64,000 bases of DNA, from the NCBI GenBank assembly GCA_052390235.1, contig JBQTHB010000002.1, forward strand, positions 160,001 to 224,000. The letters are read 5' to 3'. How positions within the stretch are numbered: the first letter of the stretch is position 1; each line of letters begins with the position of its first letter. Shown here one piece after another: positions 1-8,914 of the stretch. The translations under genes and the position numbers were made by a program. The stretch is from Deltaproteobacteria bacterium. Lineage in GTDB: Bacteria; Desulfobacterota_D; UBA1144; Nemesobacterales; CSP1-2. The notes below the pieces were generated by a model that saw only the letters and a list, made by a program, of their open reading frames with translations, searched no databases and had not been told where the DNA came from.

Positions 1-1
1 G

Positions 2-646
2 CAAAAAGAGCTGGTTAAAAAAGTCGTGGAGAGCGATAACCCTCCCAACGCCATTCTCGACGAGGCGAAAAAATACTACGACCTTCTCATCCTCGGAGCG
101 TCGGATGAAAACCGCGCATCCGATATTCTGTTCAATCCAATTGTGGATTATCTCGTGAGATTTTCCCCCTGCCCCACGATGGTTGTGCGCGGGAAGAGTG
201 TTAATCCAGGATGGAGTCCGAGGCGCATCTTGGTGCCGACAAACGGCGCGGTCGCCGCAAAACACGCCGCAGAGATAGCGTTTTCACTCGCGTCTTCGGG
301 GGAAGAAGAGGTAATTATTCTCAACGTAGTCAGGAGGGACGAGGGCGCGTCGCAGTTTGACCCTCTGCGCGCCGGCGCTTACGAGAGGAGGCTTGGGATT
401 GCGCATCAAATCGTTGAGGAGCTAAGGCAACTGGGAGAATCGCGCGGGGTGGTAACCCTTACCGATGTGCGCGTAGGCACGGAGCCGGAGTCCGTGATTT
501 CGGACGTGGCGCTGAAGGAGAAAATTGATTTGATAATTCTAGGAACGGCGATTAGACCCGGCGCCGAGAGGCTTTTTCTAGGACCGAGGGTGGAGAAGAT
601 ACTGCAAAGCGCGCCGTGTCCCGTTGTGGTGATAAACGCCCCGTAA
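2..646 (+). CDS. Universal stress protein (tandem USP domains), 5' end truncated by the window edge
   Basis: Frame is open from base 2. Two USP C-terminal motifs (DLLILGAS...SPCPTMVVR; RILVPTNG...DLIILGT...SAPCPVVVI). Confidence 0.85.
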   Translation, partial: QKELVKKVVESDNPPNAILDEAKKYYDLLILGASDENRASDILFNPIVDYLVRFSPCPTMVVRGKSVNPGWSPRRILVPTNGAVAAKHAAEIAFSLASSGEEEVIILNVVRRDEGASQFDPLRAGAYERRLGIAHQIVEELRQLGESRGVVTLTDVRVGTEPESVISDVALKEKIDLIILGTAIRPGAERLFLGPRVEKILQSAPCPVVVINAP

Positions 647-660
647 GGGCAGGAGGGGCA

Positions 661-727
661 GTTTTTAGTGGCGAGTGGCTAGTGTTTAGTTGCTAGTTTG
701 CGGACTAAAAACTCACCACTTGCCACT
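661..727. repeat. Imperfect inverted repeat built from TAGTGGC-like heptamers; possible bidirectional terminator
   Basis: AGTGGCGAGTGG (667-678) pairs with CCACTTGCCACT (716-727), and GTTTTTAGT pairs with ACTAAAAAC. Lies between convergent genes. Confidence 0.55.
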
Positions 728-740
728 TTCGAGTCTCCTC

Positions 741-1949
741 CTACCCCGCCCCGATGGCTCTCCGCATCGCCTCCGCTTTGAGTATAGTCTCCTCGTATTC
801 CCTCTCCGGCACAGAATCCCACACGATGCCGCTTCCAGTCCAAAATGTGCCGCGTCCGCCCGTAGCGGCTAAAATCCTTATGGCTACGGAGAGCGTAAAA
901 TCCCCGTCCGGCGAAAATAGCCCGATAGCGCCGCAGTAGGGGCCCCTTCTGTGCCGCTCTAGCTCGTTAATTATCTCGATAGCGCGTCTCTTCGGCGCTC
1001 CAGTAACCGAGCCGGGGGGAAAGGTTGCGCGGATTATTTCACTCACCGAGGCGTCCTGCCGTAATTCCCCTTCAATCTCGGAAACTAGCTGATGCAGAGT
1101 CGAATAGGATTCCACGCCGAAGAGCGTCTTCACCCCGACCGTGCCGTAGCGGCAGACCCGCGAGAGGTCGTTTCTCATGAGGTCAACTATCATCAGGTTC
1201 TCGGCGCGCTCCTTTTCGCTTTGGAGAAGCTCGACTCTAAGTCGGGAGTCCTCCTCTGGCAATGCAGAGCGCCTTATTGTGCCTTTGATGGGTTTTGTCG
1301 TGAGCCTGCGCCCCATTTTGCGCAGAAATAGCTCCATTGAGCCGCCAACGAGCTGAAACCCTCCGAAATCCATGTAGCAGGCAAAGGGAGTCGGCTGAAT
1401 CCGGTAGAGCCTCAGAAAATATAAAAGCGGGTGGGCGGCTAGTCTCGTTGAGAAAATTTGCGAGAGATTGGTCTGATAAATATCTCCGCGGGCGATATAT
1501 TCGCGCGCTCTCTTGACCATGCCGATATATTCGCGCTTAGCTGCGGCGCGTTCTACTTTCCTTACGCACATCGCGCAGGGTTCTTCCATTACGGGAATCA
1601 GTTCATGAATTTTCCCTCTGAAGACGTTTTCTCCTCGGTAAAATCCGAAGTAAAAATCCGGCAGATTCACCCCGGTTTTGGCACTGGATAGGGAAAAGCC
1701 CTGCTCGGTGAATTTCGAGAACTCATAGCCGATGTACCCTGCGGCGAATAGCCCCTCTGCTGTGTATCTCTCGAGGAGCAGGAGCGGGTCTTCGGCTGAT
1801 TCTAGCTCTCTGCCGTCTGCGAATTTTAATTTGACCCCTTCGCCGCCCGATGAAATTGACACCTCCGGCTCCCTGAGCGCCATGAACGATGCGCCGTCGC
1901 CCCCCGCCCATCCGCCGCCGGAATCCAAGAAAATAGCCGAAATGCCCAT
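741..1949 (-). CDS. pabB: Aminodeoxychorismate synthase component I / anthranilate synthase component I family
   Basis: Chorismate-binding motifs GDIYQTNLS, TKPIKGT, KERAENLMIVDLMRNDL, FPPGSVTGAPK, RGPYCGAIG. Confidence 0.85.
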   Translation of the reverse strand: MGISAIFLDSGGGWAGGDGASFMALREPEVSISSGGEGVKLKFADGRELESAEDPLLLLERYTAEGLFAAGYIGYEFSKFTEQGFSLSSAKTGVNLPDFYFGFYRGENVFRGKIHELIPVMEEPCAMCVRKVERAAAKREYIGMVKRAREYIARGDIYQTNLSQIFSTRLAAHPLLYFLRLYRIQPTPFACYMDFGGFQLVGGSMELFLRKMGRRLTTKPIKGTIRRSALPEEDSRLRVELLQSEKERAENLMIVDLMRNDLSRVCRYGTVGVKTLFGVESYSTLHQLVSEIEGELRQDASVSEIIRATFPPGSVTGAPKRRAIEIINELERHRRGPYCGAIGLFSPDGDFTLSVAIRILAATGGRGTFWTGSGIVWDSVPEREYEETILKAEAMRRAIGAG

Positions 1950-2043
1950 GACGATAGATTAGATTGGGGGAATGAAAACGCAAGCCGAAGATTCCGCGAA
2001 GAATCCGGCTGAGGCTCTAGACAATTCGACTCGCTCCCCAAAC

Positions 2044-2072
2044 TGTCATTTCGAGCGACTGGCGAGAAATCT
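2044..2072. repeat. Isolated REP-like palindrome of the same family as the 53.5-58.2 kb repeats
   Basis: TGTCATTTCGAGCGACTGGCGAGAAATCT resembles TGTCATTTCGATGGAGCGGTAGCGACTGAGAAATCC at about 53753. Confidence 0.55.
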
Positions 2073-2111
2073 CGCACCTCGCATCACGAATCTTGCATCC
2101 TGAACCAAAGC

Positions 2112-2140
2112 TAGACAACCCCTCGGTTTTTACTTAGAAT
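2112..2140 (+). promoter_or_regulatory. Sigma70-type promoter, probably giving a leaderless transcript
   Basis: TAGACA-17 nt-TAGAAT ends 7 nt before ATG 2148; no Shine-Dalgarno. Confidence 0.55.
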
Positions 2141-2147
2141 ACCCGCC

Positions 2148-3299
2148 ATGCCGTCGAAATTATCCGAAGAAATCGCCCCTTTTTACGTTATGGACATATT
2201 GGAACGGGCGCATGAAATGGAGGCTAGGGGTGAGAGCGTAATACATTTTGAGGTCGGAGAGCCGCGCGACCAAACCCCCGTTGAGATTTGCGATGAAGCG
2301 GCGCGGGCTATCGGGCGCGGAGATACGAGATACACCCACAGCCTCGGCATCCCGGAACTCAGGGACGCCATATCCGAGGATCTGCGGGAGACCTACGGAG
2401 TCCGAATCCCGCCGGATAATATAGTTATCACGATGGGAAGCTCGCCCGCTCTGCTCCTGGCGTTTCTGTCCCTGCTCGATGCGGGAGACGAGATAATCAC
2501 CACGGACCCGCACTACGCCTGCTACCCTCAAATTATCAAAATCGCAGGCGGCGCCCCCAGCGCTGTGAGAATTTACGAACAAGAGGGGTTTCAGATTGAC
2601 GTCCGAAGGCTCAAACAAGCCATCTCGCCGAGAACCCGGGCGATTCTCATAAACTCTCCCGCAAATCCCACGGGAGCGGTGCTACTGCCGGAGGTGATGA
2701 GTGATATCTGCAGCATCGGACTGCCGGTGGTGTCGGATGAAATCTATCATGGGCTGGTGTATGACGGGGCGCAGGCGCACTCGATTTATGAATTTACCGA
2801 GAGCGCGTTTCTCATAAACGGGTTCTCAAAATTCTATTCCATGACCGGATGGAGGCTCGGATACCTTGCCGCCCCGAGGGAATTTATACGCCCGATACAA
2901 AAACTCCAGCAAAATCTCTTTATCTCCCCGAATTCCTTCGTGCAGAGGGCTGGAGTCGCCGCTATCAGACGCGCTAAACCCAAGGCTCAGGAGATGGTCG
3001 AGCTATTCGCCCAGAGACGGGCGAAGATGCTCGGAGGGCTTAGAGCGCTCGGCTTTGAGATAAAATCCGAGCCGAAGGGGGCGTTTTACGTTTTCGTCAA
3101 CGCTAAAGCGCTAGGGGGCGACTCCCTGGCGCTCGCATTCGACATACTGCGCAAAGCCCGCGTAGGGGTTACGCCGGGGATTGACTTCGGACGGGGCGGA
3201 GAGGGGTATCTGCGCTTCTCCTACACGACTTCAGTCGAGAATATTGAAGAAGGGATGAGGCGGCTTAAAATCTATATGGACGGAAAAAGGGAAGTTTAA
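2148..3299 (+). CDS. PLP-dependent aminotransferase class I/II (aspartate aminotransferase-like)
   Basis: Motifs VGEP, INSPANPTG, SDEIY, GFSKFYSMTGWRLG (PLP lysine), GAFY, YLRFSY. Confidence 0.9.
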   Translation: MPSKLSEEIAPFYVMDILERAHEMEARGESVIHFEVGEPRDQTPVEICDEAARAIGRGDTRYTHSLGIPELRDAISEDLRETYGVRIPPDNIVITMGSSPALLLAFLSLLDAGDEIITTDPHYACYPQIIKIAGGAPSAVRIYEQEGFQIDVRRLKQAISPRTRAILINSPANPTGAVLLPEVMSDICSIGLPVVSDEIYHGLVYDGAQAHSIYEFTESAFLINGFSKFYSMTGWRLGYLAAPREFIRPIQKLQQNLFISPNSFVQRAGVAAIRRAKPKAQEMVELFAQRRAKMLGGLRALGFEIKSEPKGAFYVFVNAKALGGDSLALAFDILRKARVGVTPGIDFGRGGEGYLRFSYTTSVENIEEGMRRLKIYMDGKREV

Positions 3300-4495
3300 T
3301 GAAATTGGTCTCGATTGACGAAGTAGATATAAAGGAAAAGAGAGTGCTTATAAGAGTGGATTTTAACGTGCCGCTCACTAGGGACGGCGAAGTTCGGGAT
3401 GATTCGAGAATCCGCGCCGCGCTCCCGACGATAAATTACGCCATCCGAGAGAAGGCAAGGGTCATCATCGCCTCTCATCTGGGGCGTCCAGCGGGGAAAC
3501 CTAACGCTAAGCTGAGCCTTATGCCCGTGGGCAGGAGACTCTCCGAGCTGTTAGATGCCCAGGTGTTTTTCCCAGAGGACTGCGTAGGCGATGCGGCGAA
3601 GAAAATCGCGTCCGAGATGCCCGATGGAAGCGTAATGCTCCTTGAAAATCTGAGATTCCAGCGCGAGGAAGAAGAGAACAGCCCCGTTTTTGCTAAGCGG
3701 CTCGCCTCCATCGCCGACGTCTATGTGAACGAGGCTTTCTCGGTCTCGCATCGCGCCCATGCGTCAACTGCGGAGATACTCAACTACAGAGAGGCCGCCG
3801 CCGTAGGGTTTCAGTTTATAAGAGAAATCGAAGCCCTCAGCCGTATCACCGAGACCTCCCAGCGGCCGTTTGTCGCCGTTTTCGGGGGCAGGAGCGCGTC
3901 CGAGAAAATACCGCTCATGGAGAGCCTGCTTGAAAAGGTGGACTCGTTCCTAGTCGGAGGAGCGGTCGCCAATACATTCGTCAAGGCGATGAAGCATGAA
4001 ATTGGCAATTCCTCTGTGGACGAGATGGCGCTCTATTCGGCTTCAAAGCTCATATCCTCGGCAAAGGTGAGGAATATACGTTTTGCCCTCCCCGACGACT
4101 TCGCCGTTATCAAGAGCGATTTGTACAATTACTCGAATTTCGATATAATTCCCGCTGCTGCGATGCCGAAAAACGGAGTCGCGGTTGACATCGGCGGCAA
4201 AACCTCGGAGTATTTCAGCTCCATAATATCAAGGGCGAAAACCGTTTTTTGGAACGGCGTGGTGGGAGTGGTAGAAAAAGAGGATTTCAGGCGCGGCACG
4301 GAGGCGCTAGCCCGCTCCATAGCAGATTCTGGGGCGTTTAGCGTTGCGGCAGGGTGGGACACCGTAGCGGCGATTGAAAAGGCGGGCTTGGGCGGCAGGT
4401 TCGCTCATCTGTCCATGGGCGGGCAGGCGGCACTCGATTTTATCGCTGGCTCGGAGTTGCCGGCGCTCTCTGCCCTTCGGAAAAAATTCGGATGA
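3299..4495 (+). CDS. pgk: Phosphoglycerate kinase with a divergent nucleotide-binding domain
   Basis: RVDFNVP, SHLGRP, LLENLRF and HRAHAS present; lies upstream of tpiA; C-domain motifs altered. Confidence 0.85.
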   Translation: MKLVSIDEVDIKEKRVLIRVDFNVPLTRDGEVRDDSRIRAALPTINYAIREKARVIIASHLGRPAGKPNAKLSLMPVGRRLSELLDAQVFFPEDCVGDAAKKIASEMPDGSVMLLENLRFQREEEENSPVFAKRLASIADVYVNEAFSVSHRAHASTAEILNYREAAAVGFQFIREIEALSRITETSQRPFVAVFGGRSASEKIPLMESLLEKVDSFLVGGAVANTFVKAMKHEIGNSSVDEMALYSASKLISSAKVRNIRFALPDDFAVIKSDLYNYSNFDIIPAAAMPKNGVAVDIGGKTSEYFSSIISRAKTVFWNGVVGVVEKEDFRRGTEALARSIADSGAFSVAAGWDTVAAIEKAGLGGRFAHLSMGGQAALDFIAGSELPALSALRKKFG

Positions 4496-5253
4496 AAAGA
4501 GTTCTCATCGTCGGAAATTGGAAGCTACATCTGCTCAAGACTGAAGCCTGCGAGCTTGCGGATAGAATCGCCGGGCTTCTAGGCGGCAGTCCCATCCCCT
4601 CGGTTGATGTGGTCGTCGCCCCGGCTTATACTCTCCTCGATGCGGTTTATAGCCGGATAAAAGACACGCCTATAGAACTCGGCGCTCAGAACGCGTTTTG
4701 GGAAGAGGAGGGCGCATATACGGGCGAGGTTTCCTGCGGGATGCTCAGAGAGGCGGGGTGCAGATGGGTCATCGTCGGGCATTCGGAGAGGAGAAAAATC
4801 CTCGGCGAGACCGACACGATGGTAAGAAAAAAAACCGCCGCCGCCCTTAACTCCGGCATCATTCCCATAGTCTGCGTCGGTGAAACCCTCGATGAGAGGC
4901 AGTCCGGGAGTACGATTGCAATTATAGAGAGGCAAATATACGAAGGGTTGCAGGGAATTGCCCTTTTCTCGGCAGAAAGCCTCGTCGTCGCCTACGAGCC
5001 CATCTGGGCAATTGGCACGGGGTGCCACGCCACGGCTGACGAAGCCCAGAATGTACACTCGGTCATTCGCCACAGCCTGAGGCGAATTTTCGGCGACATC
5101 GGGCGCAATATTAAAATCCTCTACGGCGGGAGCGTAACGGACGAAAGCATAAAAGAGATGCTCGCTCCGCCGGACATTGACGGGGCGCTAGTGGGAGGGG
5201 CGAGTCTGCGCGCCGAGACATTTGCAAAAATAGTTCAATTATCGGGAGAATAA
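4492..5253 (+). CDS. tpiA: Triosephosphate isomerase
   Basis: GNWK, GAYTGEVS, GHSERR, AYEPIWAIGTG, YGGSV, DGALVGGASL. Confidence 0.97.
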   Translation: MKRVLIVGNWKLHLLKTEACELADRIAGLLGGSPIPSVDVVVAPAYTLLDAVYSRIKDTPIELGAQNAFWEEEGAYTGEVSCGMLREAGCRWVIVGHSERRKILGETDTMVRKKTAAALNSGIIPIVCVGETLDERQSGSTIAIIERQIYEGLQGIALFSAESLVVAYEPIWAIGTGCHATADEAQNVHSVIRHSLRRIFGDIGRNIKILYGGSVTDESIKEMLAPPDIDGALVGGASLRAETFAKIVQLSGE

Positions 5254-5254
5254 A

Positions 5255-5704
5255 TTGGAAATCCTAATTACGCTTGTAAAAGTCATTCACATAGTAGTGA
5301 GCCTGCTTCTCATCATAACGGTTCTGCTTCAACCGGGAAAGGGCGGAGATTTAGGCTCGGTGTTCGGAGGGGGAGCGTCGGAGTCCATATTTGGCGCAAG
5401 CGGCGCGGTGCCTTTCCTAACGAAATTCACTAGGATTCTCGCCGCTCTGTTTATTACGACCTCGCTTTCGCTCGGCTACTTCTCTGCCCAAAGCGTAACG
5501 GCATCGGTGGTTGAAGACGCGCTGATTCCTCCTATTACGTCTCCGCTCGAAAGCCCTGCTTCTGCGCTGGAGACGCCAGCGGCTCCCGCGCAGGAATCGC
5601 AGGTTCTATCCCCTGATGAGGTATCGGACGCGGCGCCTGCGGCGGAGGTAGGAGAGGTTTCGCCATCGCCAGAAGCGGAGTCCAGCGGCGGGGCGGCTCA
5701 GTAA
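5255..5704 (+). CDS. secG: Preprotein translocase subunit SecG
   Basis: Two TM segments, VLLQPGKGGDLGSVFGGG; canonical position after tpiA; acidic Pro/Ala tail; TTG start. Confidence 0.93.
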   Translation: MEILITLVKVIHIVVSLLLIITVLLQPGKGGDLGSVFGGGASESIFGASGAVPFLTKFTRILAALFITTSLSLGYFSAQSVTASVVEDALIPPITSPLESPASALETPAAPAQESQVLSPDEVSDAAPAAEVGEVSPSPEAESSGGAAQ

Positions 5705-5782
5705 CGGGGGGGTGGCGTCTCTCTTGCGCGCAATGGACGCTTGATGTATTGTTATCGGGACACAATAGAGGAGGTTTTGAGT

Positions 5783-6049
5783 ATGACTTACATTATTGCA
5801 GAGCCTTGCATCGGAGTTAAGGATAAAGCGTGCGTCGAGGCTTGTCCGGTTGACTGCATCTATGAGATAAACGACCAGCTTCTCATTCACCCGGACGAGT
5901 GTATTGACTGCGGCGCTTGTGTTGACCCCTGTCCGGTTGACGCGATATTCCATGAAGATGAACTGCCAGACAAGTGGAAAAATTTTATTGAAAAAAATAA
6001 AAGCTACTTTGTGGGTAAATCCGGTCTTAGCCCTGCGCGCAAGGACTAG
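5783..6049 (+). CDS. Dicluster ferredoxin (7Fe FdxA-type)
   Basis: [26 protein letters not shown]...[22 protein letters not shown] before ATG 5783. Confidence 0.92.
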   Translation: MTYIIAEPCIGVKDKACVEACPVDCIYEINDQLLIHPDECIDCGACVDPCPVDAIFHEDELPDKWKNFIEKNKSYFVGKSGLSPARKD

Positions 6050-6166
6050 CCGCTTCGCTCGCATAAAAGATTCATAGGAGATTTCGGCGATAGCACGGGA
6101 GGGGATGCGTTTCGGCGTACATATCCTCTCTTTTTTTACTCAATATTTCCCCATTGGCTCGCGGCA

Positions 6167-6817
6167 ATGTTCCATAACGAGGATGCCTCATTGCAGAAAA
6201 TCAGGGCTCGGGAGATTATCTCCCACCTCAGAGTGCTGTATCCAAACGCCAAGTGTCATCTCAGCTATCGAACCCCTCTGGAGCTTCTCATAGGCTGCAT
6301 ACTCTCGGCCCAATGCGCCGACGAGAGGGTGAATCAGGTAACGCCCGCGCTGTTTGCCAAGTATAAAAACGCATCAGATTTTGCCCGCGCCGACCAAGCC
6401 GAACTCGAATCCGAAATCTACTCGACAGGTTTTTTTAGGAACAAGGCGCGCTCCATTATAAGCTGTAGCAGGACGCTTGCCGAGAGCTACGGCGGGGAAA
6501 TCCCAAGAACTATGGAGGGGTTGACCCTCCTTAGCGGCGTGGGAAGGAAAACCGCAAATGTCATCCTCGCAAACGCCTATGCAATTCCGGGGGTCATCGT
6601 TGACACTCATATAAAAAGGCTCGCGGCAAGGCTCGGGCTCACGGCAAAATCCGACCCTGAGAAAATCGAATTCGACCTCATGGAAATAGTCCCTAAAGAG
6701 GAGTGGACGTATTTCTCAAACGCCCTCGGAGACCACGGACGCGAAATCTGCAAAGCTAGAAAACCCATGTGCGGAGAGTGCCGAATCAGCCCCCTCTGCC
6801 CGTCGAGAGAATCTTAA
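6167..6817 (+). CDS. nth: Endonuclease III
   Basis: ILSAQCAD, HhH motif LSGVGRKTANV, VDTH, 4Fe-4S motif C-x6-C-x2-C-x5-C. Confidence 0.95.
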   Translation: MFHNEDASLQKIRAREIISHLRVLYPNAKCHLSYRTPLELLIGCILSAQCADERVNQVTPALFAKYKNASDFARADQAELESEIYSTGFFRNKARSIISCSRTLAESYGGEIPRTMEGLTLLSGVGRKTANVILANAYAIPGVIVDTHIKRLAARLGLTAKSDPEKIEFDLMEIVPKEEWTYFSNALGDHGREICKARKPMCGECRISPLCPSRES

Positions 6818-6907
6818 GCTGGCGGGAGATTTTAAGGCAGGCGGCGGGATGCCCGCGCGATAGAGCGGTTGAGCATCACGGGTCTTAAAAATAATCAATT
6901 TAGCGCA

Positions 6908-7834
6908 ATGGATAAGAGATACAACTCCTACGGAAACTATCTAAAGGAAAAATTCGGATGCCGAGTGCATAAGGTCTCGGTGGACGTGGGTTTCACCTGC
7001 CCCAACCGCGACGGGAATATCGCCCGCGGAGGGTGCGTCTATTGCAATAATTCGAGTTTCACTCCCCCCTACGCGCGCGCCCGCTTAACTATGCGGGAGC
7101 AAATTGAGCACGGCGCCGCCTATCTCAGGCGCAGATTCAACGCCAAGCAGTTCATCGTCTATTTTCAAGCCTACACGAACACCTACGACGACGATGTCGA
7201 AAAGCTCGAGAGGCTCTACAGAGAAGCCCTAGCCTTTGATGGAGTCGTGGGAATCGCCATCGGCACCCGCTCGGACTGCGTTGACGAGGAGAAAATCCGC
7301 CTCTTCGAGGAACTCGCAAAGGAGAGCTACGTAACGCTCGAATACGGAATTGAATCAATTTATGATAAAACCCTCGCCTACATGAACCGCGGACACGACT
7401 ACCAATCCGTCGTAGAGGCGATAGGGCTCACAAAGGGACGAGGCATTGACATCGGCGCGCACGTCATCGCTGGATTCCCCACGGAGACCGAAGAGGAGAC
7501 GCTCAACATGGCTGGCGAGGTCTCGAATCTGGGAGTGAATTTCCTCAAGATTCACAACCTGCACATCGTGAGGAACACCCCACTTCAGAGGATGTACGCA
7601 AAAGAGCCGTTTCATCTGTTCGGATTCGATGAGTATCTCGATTTTGTGGTGAGATTTCTCGAGCGCACCGCGCCGAATATTATCATTGAGAGGCTCTTTA
7701 CGGACACCCCCAAGGACCTGCTCATCGCGCCTGTGTGGAATAAATCACATAATGAAATTTTGGCGGCGATTGAATACGAGCTTTGCAGGCGGGACACTTA
7801 TCAGGGGAAACTATTCAAAAATGCGGCTCAGTAA
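6908..7834 (+). CDS. Radical SAM protein, YhcC/YtqA (TIGR01212-like) family
   Basis: GFTCPNRDG...GGCVYC, YFQAYTNTY, IGTRSDC, NRGH, KIHNLH. Start reassigned to ATG 6908. Confidence 0.88.
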   Translation: MDKRYNSYGNYLKEKFGCRVHKVSVDVGFTCPNRDGNIARGGCVYCNNSSFTPPYARARLTMREQIEHGAAYLRRRFNAKQFIVYFQAYTNTYDDDVEKLERLYREALAFDGVVGIAIGTRSDCVDEEKIRLFEELAKESYVTLEYGIESIYDKTLAYMNRGHDYQSVVEAIGLTKGRGIDIGAHVIAGFPTETEEETLNMAGEVSNLGVNFLKIHNLHIVRNTPLQRMYAKEPFHLFGFDEYLDFVVRFLERTAPNIIIERLFTDTPKDLLIAPVWNKSHNEILAAIEYELCRRDTYQGKLFKNAAQ

Positions 7835-7875
7835 CCCTCTGGAGTTGCCGCTGGCATTGACTTAGCGCCCGTGTA

Positions 7876-8136
7876 TTAACTCGGCCCCTCGTCCTCGCTG
7901 GGCGCGGGTTTAGGCTCCGGTTTTTTCGCCTCTTTCTTCTGATTGGCGGCAGTGGCGGCTACTTCTTCCATTTCTGCTTCTGTGTCAATAGTTTGGCGGA
8001 GGTCGTCTTTAGCCCTCTGAAGCTCTCTCATCCCTCTGCCGAGGGTTCTGGCAAGTTTCGGGATTTCCTTTGGCCCGAGAATCAGGAGGGCAATCACAAA
8101 TATTATAAGCAGCTCGCTTGTTCCGATTCCAAACAT
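7876..8136 (-). CDS. Twin-arginine translocase TatA/TatB family subunit
   Basis: MFGIGTSELLIIFVIALLILGPKEIPKLARTLGRGMREL pattern. Confidence 0.9.
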   Translation of the reverse strand: MFGIGTSELLIIFVIALLILGPKEIPKLARTLGRGMRELQRAKDDLRQTIDTEAEMEEVAATAANQKKEAKKPEPKPAPSEDEGPS

Positions 8137-8226
8137 CGCTTTGAGAACTTCCTAAGCTATTAGAGTTAAGTTAAACCTATCACAAATAGCCCCGCTTGTA
8201 CAATACGCCAACTCCCCCCCACTGCC

Positions 8227-8255
8227 TTGACATGAGACACGCTTCTATTTAGCCT
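8227..8255 (+). promoter_or_regulatory. Sigma70-type promoter for tpx
   Basis: TTGACA-17 nt-TAGCCT; SD AAGGAGG downstream. Confidence 0.5.
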
Positions 8256-8302
8256 AAACCATCGAGACAAGCATCACATACAACTAAGGAGGCACATCAA
8301 TA

Positions 8303-8821
8303 ATGGCAGAAGAGAGAAAAGACGCAATCACAATGGGCGGCAATCCCGTTACCCTCGTCGGAGGGGAGGTCAAAGCTGGGGACAAAGCCCCTGATTTTCA
8401 CGGGTTCCAGAAATTTGCAAGCCCCATTTCGCTCGGCGATTTAAGGGACAAAGTCAAGGTATTCAACGTCATCGTGTCGGTTGACACTCCCATATGCGAT
8501 GTGCAGACCAGACGCTTCAATGAAGAGGCGGCGAAATTCCCCGGGGATGTGGAAATCTTCACCGTAAGCATGGATCTTCCCTTCGCAATGAGCCGTTACT
8601 GCGGGGCGGCTGGAATTGACAAAATAAAAAACATCTCCGACTACAAGGACGCGTCCTTCGGGGAAGCCTACGGAGTGTTAATAAAAGAGCATCGCCTGCT
8701 TGCAAGGGCTATATTTATCGTGGATAAGAACGACACTGTAAAATACGCCGAATATGTTAAAGAGGTAACGGATCATCCCGACTACGACTCGGCGCTTTCG
8801 GCTATTAAGAGCTTGGCGTAA
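8303..8821 (+). CDS. tpx: Thiol peroxidase (atypical 2-Cys peroxiredoxin)
   Basis: SVDTPICDVQTRRFN, SMDLPFAMSRYC, LLARAIFIVD, HPDYD. Confidence 0.93.
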   Translation: MAEERKDAITMGGNPVTLVGGEVKAGDKAPDFHGFQKFASPISLGDLRDKVKVFNVIVSVDTPICDVQTRRFNEEAAKFPGDVEIFTVSMDLPFAMSRYCGAAGIDKIKNISDYKDASFGEAYGVLIKEHRLLARAIFIVDKNDTVKYAEYVKEVTDHPDYDSALSAIKSLA

Positions 8822-8914
8822 GAGAGTGCGGCGAAATTCCCCGGGGGACTTGGAAGCCCTTAGCGCGGTGCCAAGGGCTTCCGCCGCGTAATAACAGCTC
8901 GGAGGGCAGTTAAT

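Noticed and set aside
5705..5782. tRNA-Leu often found after secG
   Set aside because: No cloverleaf, TTCGA loop or CCA end; the space holds the ferredoxin upstream region.
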